DNA from: Carcharhinus longimanus
Lineage: Eukaryota
NCBI GenBank assembly: GCA_030264375.1
Contig: JASCQW010000099.1
Location: forward strand, 54,218,022-54,282,021
Direction: 5' to 3'
DNA length: 64,000 nucleotides
The first letter of the stretch is position 1. Each line of letters opens with the position of its first letter. The notes beneath the pieces were generated by a model. It ran no database searches and had not been told where the DNA came from. It was given only the letters and a program-made list of their open reading frames with translations. A program made the translations under genes and the position numbers. Shown here one piece after another: positions 37,475 through 49,914 of this stretch.

Positions 37475-37900
37475 GGCCCTGAAAATTGGTTTCGCAGCCA
37501 GTGCCAAACATTTTGCAATTCACCCAGTCCCTTTCTAACCAGATCGTGCCCAGAAAGGGTGTGAGGCCAATTAGCATATTTAAATTAGTATTTGAATATG
37601 TATAGCGTGTTCAAATCCCAGTGCACGGAATTCTTCAGCCTTCGGACTTGGCCCAATAATGGCAAGAATGACTACTGGTCTCCAACAGTGGAGACCTGGT
37701 ATGATGGTCGCATCATGAGGCTTGGAGGCCATTGAAGCCCCTGGGTGATTAGAGGCATCATGAGGAAGTGCCCACCTAGCACTGCTCATTGGATATCCTG
37801 GCAGTGCTAGTCCGGCACAGCCAGTGTGCCTGTTGGGCAGTGCCAAGGGGGTGGTACCTGAGTGGGAGCTATGGCATGAGGGGCAATGCAGGGGAGGGTG
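37475..37900. mobile_element. GC-rich DNA-transposon terminal region (Harbinger-like)
   Basis: Repeated ggcagtgc(c/t) motifs as at 19244-19680 and 56034-56490; ends at a gap. Confidence 0.4.
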
Positions 37901-38693
37901 NNNNNNNNNNNNNNNNNNNNNNNNNNNNNNNNNNNNNNNNNNNNNNNNNNNNNNNNNNNNNNNNNNNNNNNNNNNNNNNNNNNNNNNNNNNNNNNNNNNN
38001 CTGCGAGGCAGCAGTGCTAATCACGGTGCCACCGTGTTGCCAGTGGTTAGCATTTACTAATCTGATAAGGTTTAATGAAAGATTTGTGAACATTAGAAGC
38101 AGAAGACAACTTCAGCTGGTGTGTAGAACAGGTGGGGGTGAAATGGCCCCTGCAATGAATTGCACCAATTTTCCTTTCTATCCACTTACTTGCATTTCCT
38201 TGGGCCTCCCATTTCCTCAGCATTTTACATAGAAAGATACAATATGAAGCTGCCTGATCTATCCAACCAATCCACATTGATGCTTAGCTGCACATAAGCA
38301 GCAACCTTAATGTAATGTGCCCACCTTGATCTCATGTCTCTTTATTCTCTTTTTCTTTTTCTAATATCTAAGATTTCCTCTGGGGCTAAGAGCCACAGGC
38401 CTCTGACCAGCTTCTTCATGCTGTCCTTGCTCCTTTAGGATTTACTCATGGAAGCTGCCAAAGAGGCAGACTGCTCAACATTTAATCCGTCAGCCCAGTG
38501 ATTGTCTGTGAAGGTGCTTACAGATGTTGTCAAATTGCTCCGATTATACTGAGGCCCCCAATTCTGGGCCAGTCGTGAGCATCCAGTTCTGGGCACGCTT
38601 CCCTGTCCAAAACTGAGTATCGCCACATTTCTCATCTGATGTTTCATTGTTAAGTTACTCCTCTTTCCTGCTGGCATAACTTAAATCATCTAA

Positions 38694-38999
38694 GCGGCAT
38701 GGTGGCACAGTGGTTAGCACTGCTGCCTCACACCACCAATAATCTGGGTTCAATTCCTGTCTTGGGTCACTGTCTGTCCGGAGTGTGCACATTCTCCCTG
38801 TGTCTGCGTGGGTTTCCTCCAGGTGCTCCGGTTTCCTCCCACAGTCTGAAAGACATGCTGGTTAGTTGCATTAGCCACGCTAAATTTTCCCTCGGTGCAT
38901 CCGAACAGGCACCAGAATCTGACGACTAGGGGATTTTCACAGTAACTTAATTGCAATATTAATGTAAGCCTACTTGTGACTAATAAATAAATTTTAAAC
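38694..38999 (+). mobile_element. V-domain tRNA-SINE, tail type B
   Basis: Complete head, V-domain and tail gcctacttgtgactaataaataaatttt. Confidence 0.93.
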
Positions 39000-39889
39000 A
39001 TGAAGTGTCATTTTGGTATAAATGGTGGAACTTCCAAAACAGCAGGATTTATCTTATCAAAAATAATTAATTCACAGAACGTCCCAGAATGTCTCAGTTT
39101 CACAGAGGCATAAAGAAACAAAATATGAAACAAAGCCATATGAGGAGATGATTAATAGGCTGGTCAAAGAGGTAGTATAATCCTTTAACTTGTATACATG
39201 CAACTTCTTAGAGACAAGTTGCTTTTTGAGAATATATACTCCACTGCAATTAAATGTATATATTACAATGTATGTTCTGTTTTATTTGAGATGCACTCCA
39301 ATTCTTACTCTTTACATCATTTTTACCTCCATTTTTTAAATTTGGAATGGTAGGTTATTGTATTCTCAAAAACAGTAAAGGAAAATGAGGCGTGTAAACA
39401 AAACACAAAATACGATTTTAAATAAATGGAAGAGTATAAGACTCTCAACGAGTATAATGGTGGACTTGGGAAAAATCCATTATCAAATAATCAAAAAGAT
39501 TATTAACAGCTTTTAGTGTNNNNNNNNNNNNNNNNNNNNNNNNNNNNNNNNNNNNNNNNNNNNNNNNNNNNNNNNNNNNNNNNNNNNNNNNNNNNNNNNN
39601 NNNNNNNNNNNNNNNNNNNATGAGGTCTGAAGGGAAATCCAGTATACTTAAAGTTGAAAGAAGTGTGAAGTGATTTACTTTATTAGTTTCAATACACAAT
39701 TTAGCATTATGACTTTTCATCCTATTTTTGTGAAAAGTAACATTTTAATTTGTGTCATATTTTAAAGGAAATAAACCTTACTTTCTCAGCGACAAGAATA
39801 TTTTAAAGCAATATGCCTTCACTGAATGAAAGAAAGAGGAGAAAGAAGGAATGGAACAGGAGAAAGAAGAAAAGATAGAAAGAGGAGAA

Positions 39890-40008
39890 AGAAGGAAAGA
39901 CAAACTTTATATTGCACTTTTCACAACCCCATGATGTCCCAATGCACTTTATTATCAATAAATTACTTTGAAATAGAGGAGTCACTATTGTGACATAAGA
40001 AACCATCT
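39890..40008 (-). mobile_element. DeuSINE 3' tail fragment with purine-rich simple repeat
   Basis: cacttttcacaacccc...gtcccaatgcacttta...aattactttgaa...gtcactattgt is the reverse complement of the Deu tail. Confidence 0.6.
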
Positions 40009-40399
40009 CCCACCCTAAATTGTAATAATTGTTTAAAGAGCTACCATCACTCACATTAATACTTGTTATTTAGAAATAGAAAGAATGAGTGTACATTTCA
40101 ATGTTCTTTACAGCTGTCTTTCTGCTGGCATTTTTCTTCAGTCATTGAGCCTGACATCAGGGACCTGTTTTCCCTGTCCTGTTCTTTAACATCTTTTAGA
40201 CGACTCTCTGTCCTCCTCTGAATTTTGAGGCAAGATCTAGACACTGTTTTATCTTATCCTTCTTTAAAGAAAATTGAAGCGTTTTACAGAATGTAAGACC
40301 AGGGACATCAGTGCCTCTACTTTCACATTCACCGATGGCCTGAATCACAGAGTGCTTTGGATGTTTTTTTGCGTGCTGACACTGGTGACCGCTCAAACC

Positions 40400-40555
40400 C
40401 GATTGAATATTTCATCAATCACTTTGATACAGGTTACTATATGGTCAGAGGATGTAACAGCAGAGATTTGGTCTGTTGCTCAGGGGCAGGGGATAAACAA
40501 GTTGCCTTTCTTTGCCCTGTTCCACCTTGCATCAATCAGACAAATGACAGGATGA
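40400..40555. promoter_or_regulatory. Putative Pbx-Hox/Meis/TCF enhancer
   Basis: ATCAATCA at 40414 and 40531, CTTTGAT at 40422, TGACAG at 40545, Fox-type TAAACAA at 40494. Confidence 0.4.
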
Positions 40556-41647
40556 ATGGCACTGAGTTTACTGAATGTACACTTGAATATTTCTCAAATG
40601 TCATATTTAAAGAGACATTGGGCTATCCAGACTATTATTCAGAACTATCAACGTCTGAGCTTCAGATCATAATTTCAGAAGTCAAAATGGTCCGTTTAGT
40701 TTCCTCAAAAGAAGTCAGCTCAAGTGCCAGCCAGAGATTTTACATCTATCATTGTTTCTATCTCAGTAGACCCTGAACATGGACCCAAATGAGAAAGTGA
40801 ACTAGATGGGTTGGATGGGACTCTCTCATCGCTCTCTTATATGTAGATTGATCTACCTTTCATCCTATGGATTTGATGGATGGTTTTACAGCAGGAACTA
40901 GCTTTTATTTAACATGTGTCACACATGTGCCACCTACTGGTCCCAAATAGAACACCAGACACCCATTCCTTTGTCAAGGAAGCCAGATAATGCATGAGAG
41001 GCTGACAAACTGCCATCCGTGCGAGGGGCCCATTTAATTTACATGTATGAATCATTTGAATTTGGAAACCTAAGAATCTCTGTGTTCACTTACCTCAAAA
41101 CAATCCTTTGTTCATGCTTTACTTTGCTCTAATTTCAGTTTTAGCCTCTCTGCTTTCTGACTGCCAGACAACCTTCCTCAGGATAATGTGAGCATAATAG
41201 ATTTTTCCAAGGCCACCATTACAATTGGCTAGCCAGAAATGACCTTGCAGCCAGATGAAATGACGAATATTATTTTATATTTTTACCAAGATGGCATAAG
41301 CAAGAGGGAATAAACTAGCTATAGGTGAATTACAGTGAAACTTCAGGACTATGTGATTTAACACAAGAAGTTGTCGCTGCTAAATACAGGATGAGTTTGT
41401 GTGTCACTTTGGAATTGGGTATTATTTGAACTGGGCCATTCAGATTCATCAGCTTCATTTTCTTACCTTATTCATCCAGCAGTGGAATAAATTCCACAGT
41501 CTCACCAGGCTGCGTAAGTGTTTGCGCTTTTTAAAACTTTTAACCAAATGTTGTTGCCTGGAACTGAATGGAGGGTTTAAGTGGGCAACATGATGAAAGA
41601 TATGTGAAAAACAGATGCTTTGATACTCAACATGAAGTGGTTGTACA

Positions 41648-41830
41648 TTTGATTTGTTTTGATTTATTATTGTCACATGAACTGGGATACAGTGAAAAGG
41701 ATTGTTTCTTGCGCGCTATACAGACAAAGCATACTGTTCATTGAACATGCAGTGGAGAAGGAAAGGATAGGGTGCAGAATATAATGTTGCAGTTACAGGT
41801 AGATTGAAGGGAAAGATAGAGTTCAGTTTT
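41648..41830 (-). mobile_element. Rex1/Babar LINE 3' UTR
   Basis: gatttattattgtcacatg...acagtgaaaagg...cttgcgcgctatacagacaaagca is the reverse complement of the 45720-45880 tail. Confidence 0.75.
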
Positions 41831-43574
41831 TAACTGAACAGGAGAACAGGAGTAAAAGGTGAAACTAGAAGGTATGCTGTGGACAGCTAGCAAGAAATCA
41901 CCTCATTTTGGTGCCTCTTTTTGTGAAAGTTAATCATCAATTGAATGTAATCAAAGAATATATCATAATTCTATTACAATTTATTTCAATTATATCAATG
42001 CAGCTGTGGGGAATCAAATTTCAAGGAACACATTGCTTTATTTTTTTCTGTCTTCCTCTTATAGTTTATGTGCACTAAATACATCTATATTAACACATTA
42101 GAGACAAATTAATTCATTCTGTTTCAATGCATAAGCGATAATAGAACGGTGAGCCTTTCTTTTATTGGGTTTCCGAGTAACAGCACAATAATAACCGCCA
42201 TCAACGACAGCATATGAATTGCCCTGTTTACATATTTGCGAGGAACACATTTAAGACCCATATTGTTTGAGTACACATTTCATAAAGTGCAAATGTACCA
42301 TGCTCAATTAGAGCAACCATTTACTCAGCAGCAACTGACAGTTAAGAATATGACTTTACCAAAAGAAAGTGGAAGGGAAATGACTGAATAACAAAAATGC
42401 CGCTGACAGGTTATCTACAGTCCTATCATCTACCACCCAATCTGTCATAATATACACTCACTCATATATTATTGCTTAATTACAATAGCAAGTGTGCACA
42501 CTGCTGCTTCGAAGAGCTGCCAGTCATGTGGAGTAGCACTTTTATGGCAAATTATTCTATTATCGTTCAGAGGATGCACTGTTCTCATGATACAGAAATC
42601 AGTAGGAAGACAACAACAACTTGCATTTATATAGCACTTTTAGCATGTGAAACGGAAGAGGTGATTTCACCAAGGTCAACCTACCACTGCCAGCTGCAAT
42701 ATCAAACCATCAAGAAATTACAGAACTTTAGTAAAACTCCAACATATTTGACGCACATTACATGAATACATGAATGACTGAATCATGAGTTGCTATTTTA
42801 ACCAAAACTGTTGATTTTAAATGCTCATTAATATTTAAAGATTAAATAGGTGATAACAAACTGGGATCCTGCTGACTGCCTCAACTGACTCTTCTCCAAA
42901 GGAAAATAAAGGTAATAATGAATAATGAAATAAAGGTGATGAGGGGAATGACTCACCGTTTAACCCATCCCTGAGCCATTGGACCAAGATCTATTTTCAT
43001 GTTTATTTCCCCAAACCACCTCAGTCTCACCCACTCTCTCACTTTTTCAATCTCGTGCACCAGTTCCTACATTTTCACTCAGGACAATGTGGCAGTGGCA
43101 GAGGACAAATGTAATCGAAAATGTGGGAAGTGGCTTCACTGTTTCAGCCTCCCAGCAGAGGACAAGAAGAACGCTGTCCACAAAGTCAGATTTTCGATAC
43201 CCAGAACTCAATATATCATCCAGAAGGAAGGATGTTCAAGGGATATATAAGCCTTGTTGCAGATACCAATAAGACTTTTTCTTCATGTCAGCTTCATTGG
43301 ACTCCCACTTAAGAAGCAGTCAATCATTGCCCTCTTTATCTTGATGATGAGGATATCAGTAATCAGCTTCTAGACTATAGTGGTCAAGACACAGGCTGCT
43401 TTCTCTGAGCGTGTTCAGTAACTCACAGCTATCGTTACATTTGTCAGCCCATTGATCAATGGCACAGATCCAGGTGCCAATGGAATAGGGGACAGCAGAA
43501 ACAGATCTTTGCATCTATGTTCTCTCAGGACACCAGCACATACTAGAGTCTGGTTTTCCTCCTCAGAGTAGAGA

Positions 43575-44500
43575 GCGCAAGAACCCATAAAGCAGCAGAG
43601 TGGGAAAAAGCCCATAAATCAATGGGAGTTCAAAGAAAGAGAGCCTATAAAACAGTGGGAATTCGGAGAGAGAGAGAGAGAGCCCATAAAACAACAGGGA
43701 GAGAGAGAGAGAGAGAGCCAGGGTTTACAGATGAAACCTAAAAGTGATGCCACAGGTATCCCATAAGTTGAATGATTATTAAGTATAGACCTCTCTGGAT
43801 TCGGCACAGAGGAGATGATTGGTGACTGACGTATGAATTATTATGTTGTACCATGCTGTAGTAAACACTTTAATTACAGTTTAAGATATGCACTGATCAT
43901 GAAATGTGCATCCTGCGGGATGTGGGAAATTGTGCAGGTACAAAGTGCCCCTGATGACTACATCTGTGGAAAGCATCACTAGCTGCAGAAACATGAGCTC
44001 TGGGTTGCATAATTCAAGCAGCACTGCAGCTAAGAAGCACACAGGTAGAGAGGGAATGGGTAGCTGTCAGAGCATCTGAGAGAAACAGGTAGTTAGTATA
44101 GGCAGCCCTCCAAGGCTATCTCGCTCTCTAACCACATTTCCATTTTGGGTACTGGTGAACAAAATAGTTTCTCAGACAACTGTAGCAAAAACCAAGCTCA
44201 GGACACCATGGGTAGCTCAGCTACACAGGAGGGGAGGAGGAAGAATGGAAAGGATTTAGTAGTAGATGGTTTTTTTAGTTAGGGGAGCAAACAGGCATTT
44301 CTGCAGCCGTAGATCTGATTGCAGGAAGAAAAGTTGCCACCTTGGTGCCAGGGCCAGGGATGTCACTGAACGTCTGGTTCAAGATTCTTTTGGGGGTAGG
44401 GTGAATGGTCAGAGTTTGTTGTCCACAATGGGACCAATGACCTAGGTAGGAAAAGGAATAAGATTCTGAAAGCAGATTTTAGGGAGATAGGAAGGACATT
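43575..44500 (+). mobile_element. CR1 LINE 5' UTR (tandem monomers) and ORF1 (zinc finger plus esterase) relic
   Basis: Four ~30-35 bp ccc(c/t)ataaa-type units; CASCGMWE...VPDDYICGK; SGNH-esterase-like LVVDG/FC...LGARARDVTERL/VVHNGTND. Confidence 0.8.
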
Positions 44501-44514
44501 CCCATCTCCCTGGG

Positions 44515-44780
44515 GGTTGGCCGACTATCCCTGGAGAGGGAGCATGCAGTATCTGTGGGCACCCATTGAGGCCTTCCATGCTCGTTGGGCACTGTTGGGG
44601 TGTCTTATTGACCTCTTTAATCAACTTTTGATTTGGTGTTGTAAGTTTTGTTTTTGTTTCAGGTGGTTCCCCTTTAAGGACTGCCCTTTTTTATGTTGTC
44701 CCTCAGTTTATTTAATTCAATTTAATTGTTTAACTCCAAATGGACTAATGTGGGAGAGGCAGTACAGATTTATTAATAGT
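44515..44780 (+). mobile_element. Tx1-like LINE extreme 3' fragment
   Basis: SLEREHAVSVGT/EAFHARWA C-terminal peptide followed by a T-rich UTR. Confidence 0.5.
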
Positions 44781-45075
44781 TGACTAAATGCATTGAGTTT
44801 TTCTTAAGGCGGTGAATGGAATGGTGAATGAGGACAGTGCAATTGATGTTGTGTACACGGACTTCCATAATGTATTTGATAAAGTATCATATGTTAGGCT
44901 TTGTAGCAAACCTGAAACTAATGGACTAAAGAGGACAGTAGCAGCATGGGTACAAACTTGGCTAACGGATAGCAAACAAAGTTGAATGAATGGTTTTTTA
45001 TCATCTGAAGGGAGTTGTACAATACAGTACCCCAAGGTTCTGTAACAGGATCACTGCTGTATTTGATATATGTTA
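44781..45075 (+). mobile_element. CR1 RT fragment
   Basis: AIDVVYTDFHNVFDKVSYVRL...AAWVQTWLTDSKQ...VPQGSVTGSLLYLIYVND. Confidence 0.85.
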
Positions 45076-45473
45076 ATGACACTGCATCAGCTTGCTAATG
45101 GAATCAGCCACCACTCCCACATTAGAAAGGACTGTCTCCCAACTCTGCATGAAACCCNNNNNNNNNNNNNNNNNNNNNNNNNNNNNNNNNNNNNNNNNNN
45201 NNNNNNNNNNNNNNNNNNNNNNNNNNNNNNNNNNNNNNNNNNNNNNNNNNNNNNNNNNNNNNNNNNNNNNNNNNNNNNNNNNNNNNNNNNNNNNNNNNNN
45301 NNNNNNNNNNNNNNNNNNNNNNNNNNNNNNNNNNNNNNNNNNNNNNNNNNNNNNNNNNNNNNNNNNNNNNNNNNNNNNNNNNNNNNNNNNNNNNNNNNNN
45401 NNNNNNNNNNNNNNNNNNNNNNNNNNNNNNNNNNNNNNNNNNNNNNNNNNNNNNNNNNNNNNNNNNNNNNNNN

Positions 45474-45880
45474 CTCCTGCTCTGCCCAAGACTGCAAGGA
45501 ACTACAAAAGGTCATGAATGTAGCCCAATCCATCACACAAACCAGCCTCCAATCCATTGACTTTGGCTACACGTCCCACTGCCTCAGCAAAGCAGCCAGC
45601 ATTCTCTCTTCCACCTCTTTCCATAGGGAAAAAGATACAAAGTCTGAGGTCACGTACCAACCGACTCAAGAACAGCTTCTTCCCTGCTGCTGTCAGGCTT
45701 TTGAATGGACCTACTTTGCATTTAAGCTGACCTTTCTCTGCACTCCAGCTATGACTGTTATGCTACATTCTGCACTCTCTCATTTCCTTCGCTACGAACA
45801 GTGTGCTTTGTCTGTATAACATGCAAGAAACAACACTTTTCAGTATGTACCAATATAAGTGACAATAATAAATGAAATAA
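45474..45880 (+). mobile_element. Rex1/Babar LINE 3' portion
   Basis: SCSAQDCKELQKVMNVAQSITQTSLQSID...CLSKAASI / RSRTNRLKNSFFPAAVRLLNGP; tail gtgacaataataaat. Confidence 0.85.
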
Positions 45881-45884
45881 CTTG

Positions 45885-47249
45885 TGTAAGATCTCATCTT
45901 CCAGCAAGCTGGCACCCCTGCTGCCCTTTTACCCCTGCCCATGCTGCAAGCCACTTGGGTCCAGTGTATCACCATACATGATGCTACGTTTAAACTATAG
46001 TGTAAAGTATGTGGAGCATCAGCATCTGGTCTAGTGACCGCAAGTGTGAGAATAAGTGTTGGTGTTTCTTCATCAACATTGTCTTCTGGCTCTTCCATCT
46101 CTTGCTTTTCCATCACTGCCTGGGCAGGTGGCTGTTCTTTGGATATTTGCAAAGAGAAAGGTACCTGCGTAAGGTTTTGGGGAGGTATGGGGAGGGGTAA
46201 GGAAGAGGTACACACTTACCCCAGCTTGTAAAACAGAATTGCTCATGGAATGAGCAAGATGTGGGATGTGAGGAAGAGGATTAGCTATAGGCCCGCTCTC
46301 GCCTTCAATATTATTATGGCAACTCCAGTGATGGAGAATACCATCATATACATTCAGGTAAGGACATATAGGTTCTCCTGTCACCTATTCATTAGGTTCT
46401 GTAGTCTCCAGTTATATGCCGCCTTCTCTGCAAAAGATAGGGAGTAGGTCAATGAGTGTAGCGCAGTATGTTTCTGTGATGAGGCTGTCATGGAAAAATA
46501 GTTGATAGAGTGTGCAAAGTGTGAAATCTGGGTGTGAGGCTTTCAGCAGTGCCTTGTTTGTGAAGGCGAGGTAAAGCTTTGAGTGCTAGGTATAAGTTGT
46601 GACTGATAGACATTGTTGGTGAATGAATGAAGGGAATATTGTGCATTGAGTGGTATGTGAGCATAGTGAAGATTGGTGGGATGTGTTTTTGAAGCTACAT
46701 TCACTGACCTTGACTATTCGTGTGAAGCCATAGAATCCGTAAAATCCCTACAGTACAGAGGAGGCCATTCGGCCCATCGAGTCTGCACCAAGCACAACCT
46801 CACCCAGGCTCCATTCCCACAACCTCACATATTTACCCTGTTAATCCCCTGAAACTAGGGTCAAATTAGCATAACCCGCATATCTTTAGGCTATGGGAGG
46901 AAACCGGAAAATCTGGAGGAAAGCCACGCAGACATGGGGAGAATGCGCAGACTCCACATAGACAGTGACCTGAGGCCGGAATTGAACCTGGGTCCCTGGC
47001 ACTGTGAGGCAGCAGTGCTAACCACTGTGCTGCCCATCATTGAATTTGTTGTGGCAATGCATGCAGGTCCTTAGGGCTTGGCCTTTGGCATTGACTGCCA
47101 ATCTGCTCCCACTGACTTCACCATGTTTGCATAGAGGGCTTCTCAACACCTTATGAATGGGTGACATCTCTTGTCCTCTCCATCTCCTGAACCAAGGCCT
47201 CCAGTGTAACTTTGGAAAGTCTTGGAGCCTGCTTTCTGACATGTGCCAT
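45885..47249 (-). mobile_element. Harbinger-type Myb/SANT-like DNA-binding gene relic, 3 exons, split by a SINE
   Basis: ATG at 47249: MAHVRKQAPRLSKVTLEALVQEMERTRDV.../AVNAKGQALRTCMHCHNKFN[SINE]FTRIVK|gtcagt (donor 46708); acceptor near 46428 KAAYN; third exon PPAQAVMEKQEMEEPEDNVDEETPTL. Confidence 0.72.
46729..47035 (-). mobile_element. HE1-like V-SINE, tail type A
   Basis: catagaatcc...gaggccattcggcccatcgagtctgcacc...ggaattgaacctggg...ctaaccactgtgctgccc. Confidence 0.93.
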
Positions 47250-48148
47250 TGTTGTGTCTTTTCCATCTCAAAATTGTTTGTAGAATGACCTCCAGCTCTT
47301 ACTCCAGTCAAGCTGTTCCTGCATTTATAGAGGTGCAGGCTTGCTTTATGTAGGATAGGTTTACTTGAACTTGTGCTAGCCTCCCGTAGCTGAGCGCCAC
47401 CTGCTTAGATATGCAGCCATTCATAACAACTGCTGGTATGCTGCAATCATTTAAGTTAGCACAAAGTCAGCACATTATTTGCATCAGAAGGAATGGGAAC
47501 AGGTTAATCACGCTTTATGATCATCATGCCCATTTTTCAAGGCTATTGAACTTTGCAGCCCGAGGGTAGAAACACGATAAAGATATGTTATCCTTTGGAG
47601 CATGGGTATGGGATAATTGAGAGGGCACAACATTTCTGTCTCAGGAAGACATAATGAAAAGAAAAATATAAAGCTTATGACGCCAACCCTGGCTTCAGCA
47701 CTGCTGTATTATACAACAAAAAATTAACCAGGGACTTAGCTCAGGCCATAGGGAGAGCCTTGAAAGAACATAGATCCTGACAACTGCTGCACATCATTTA
47801 AATACAAGTACCCCTGAGTAAAACAGTGGTCCAAATCTGGGAAGCTGTGAAGTGCTTTGCCATTAGCTCTCACTTTGATCTATCCAAATGGAGCCAGTGA
47901 TGGCGCAGTGGGCAGCTCATGGTGGAGCTGCAGAGTTGTGGGGAGATTCACACAAAACTAGTCCAATGAGGAAAAGGAACAGAAATGCTTTTCATGCATA
48001 TCTCCTCACCAGCAAAAAAGCCAGTACATGGTAAGTGTGCCAGAAATGGCAAATAAATTCACTCCTTTAAAGTTTTGTAACATGGAATTGCATAGGTATC
48101 ACAGTTCGGCTCAATAACTGATGTTGGTGTTTATCCCCCAGATGAGTA

Positions 48149-48431
48149 GCAGTGGCATGGTCGTTAGCGCTTCTGCCTCACAGCGTCTGGGACGCGGGTT
48201 CGATTCCTGGCTTGGGTCACTGTCTGTACAGAGTCTCTCTGTGTCTGTGTTCTAGTTTCCTCCCACAGTCCAAAAGATGTGCTAGTTAGGTGCATTGGCC
48301 ATGCTAAATTGCCCTTTACTGTTCCCGAACAGGCACCAGAGTGTGGCGACGAGGGGATTTTCACAGTAACTTCATTGCAGCGTTAATGTAAGCCTGCTTG
48401 TGATACTAATAAAATAAACTTTTAAAACTTT
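48149..48431 (+). mobile_element. V-domain tRNA-SINE, tail type B
   Basis: gggttcgattcctggcttggg...tttcctcccacagtcc...gcttgtgatactaataaaataaacttt. Confidence 0.92.
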
Positions 48432-49074
48432 AATCCAACATATTCTCACATTCCCCAATTCCCTTTTCTATCAGCCATCTATCTAATCTATTCTTAAAAC
48501 GTTGACATGGTTTCTGCTTCGGTCATTAATTCCAGTAGTGCATGCCCACAACCCACCATGTAATAGGTTACCTTATGAAATACTCAGAAGTTCATTGTCT
48601 AATGTAGCCTACAAGCTCCATACAAAGAAAAATTATCTTTACATCCCAAAGGTGGCTTGCCTCTCTCTCAGAGAAGAAAGTTGTTTAATTAAATTTGGAA
48701 GCACCGTGAAGAGGCTGGGGGACTTGCTGTGATAACGTGGACGGCTGCCAACCAATCATATGAATTCATCTTCCAGCCAGGTTTTGGTCATATGGGAAAA
48801 CTGAAATCCTCTTCAACTATTCCGTTGTGAAAGGAAATCTTTATACCCCTTTCAAAATATCAACAAAAGGAAAGGCAGGTGCTGTTAATCACAGGTTTTG
48901 TCTCGCTGTCTGTGAGGTGAATTGAGCAGTTCATAATAGAAGCCATGTATTTCTTAATATTGTGAATATGAAACTTGCTTGAATTAAAGTTTTCAATCTC
49001 CAGATAACAGAAATAACTCTCAAGCCCTCACAGAATGATGACTTGAACCTTCAAATCAGAGAAAACTTAATAGT

Positions 49075-49425
49075 TTTTTTTATTCGCAAGACATGTGCAT
49101 CGCTGGTTGGCCAGCAATTATTGCCCATCCCTAGTTGCCCAAGGGCAGTTGAGAGTCAACCACATTGCGGACGCTTTGGAGCCACATGTAGACCAGGTAA
49201 GAACAGCAGATTTCCTTTCTTAAAGGATATTAATGAACCAGATGGGTTTTTCTGCTAATCAACAATGGTTTCACGGTTATCAGTAGATTCTTAATCTTAA
49301 TTTTTTTTTATTGAATTCAAATTCCACCATCTGCTGTGGCAGGATTCAACCCCAGGTTCCCAGGATATTAACTGAGTTTTCTGGATTAATAGTTAAGCGG
49401 TAATATCACTAGGCTATTGCCACCT
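49075..49425 (-). mobile_element. tRNA-SINE family C
   Basis: Full-length reverse complement of the 2856-3750 family. Confidence 0.88.
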
Positions 49426-49599
49426 TCCCATCCCATTGGGAGCATCTGCCAGCTGCATGTGCTCACAAAACGCATGGATGTGGTTAATACCTCACTAAAC
49501 TTCACCAACCCTATACCACCCACCATCTAACTTACTAAGCATCTAACTAAGTGGGCATCTAACTCACTAAACTTCATCAACTCTGTACCACCCACACTC

Positions 49600-49770
49600 C
49601 CACCGCCCATCTTTAAAATCTCTCTTAAAACCTACGTCTTTGTCAAAGTTTTTTTATCATCTACCCTAATATCTCCTCATGCAACCAATTTTGCTTTATA
49701 ATATTCCTGTGAAGAGCTTTAGGACATTTTATCCTGTTATGGGTGCTATATAAATGCAAGTTGTTGCTGT
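49600..49770 (+). mobile_element. L2 LINE 3' tail
   Basis: ctttaaaatctctcttaaaacctacgtctttg...cctgtgaagagctttaggacatttt...gctatataaatgcaagttgttg. Confidence 0.7.
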
Positions 49771-49914
49771 TACTTCCTTTCATTGTTCTGCAGAAGGCTC
49801 TCCTCTTTTTGCATGTTTGAAATTTCAGTGACTGGTGATTATTGATCAGGAAATGTTTTTAGCAGTTCAATCAGTTCACTGTTTTTGCTTTGGTACTTTC
49901 TGCCAGCAGATTTT

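Noticed and set aside
40357-40776. 139-aa ORF
   Set aside because: TTG start and no recognisable domain; better explained as regulatory sequence.
42979-43312. Three overlapping ORFs with a Cys/His motif (CNRKCGKWLHC)
   Set aside because: Too short to assign to a zinc-finger family, and no splice-site support.
43575-43720. CRISPR-like spaced repeats
   Set aside because: Eukaryotic context, degenerate units with microsatellite spacers, no cas genes; interpreted as a CR1 5' UTR.
43950-43965. Other CTGATGA matches (also near 59604) as hammerhead cores
   Set aside because: No stem II/GAAA/stem I architecture; this one is CR1 ORF1 coding sequence.
45070-45819. Longest ORF (249 aa)
   Set aside because: An artefact of reading through an N gap of about 316 nt into a Rex1/Babar fragment.
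47800-48036. Strong donor ATG|gtaagt near 48030
   Set aside because: No clear upstream acceptor or recognisable reading frame.
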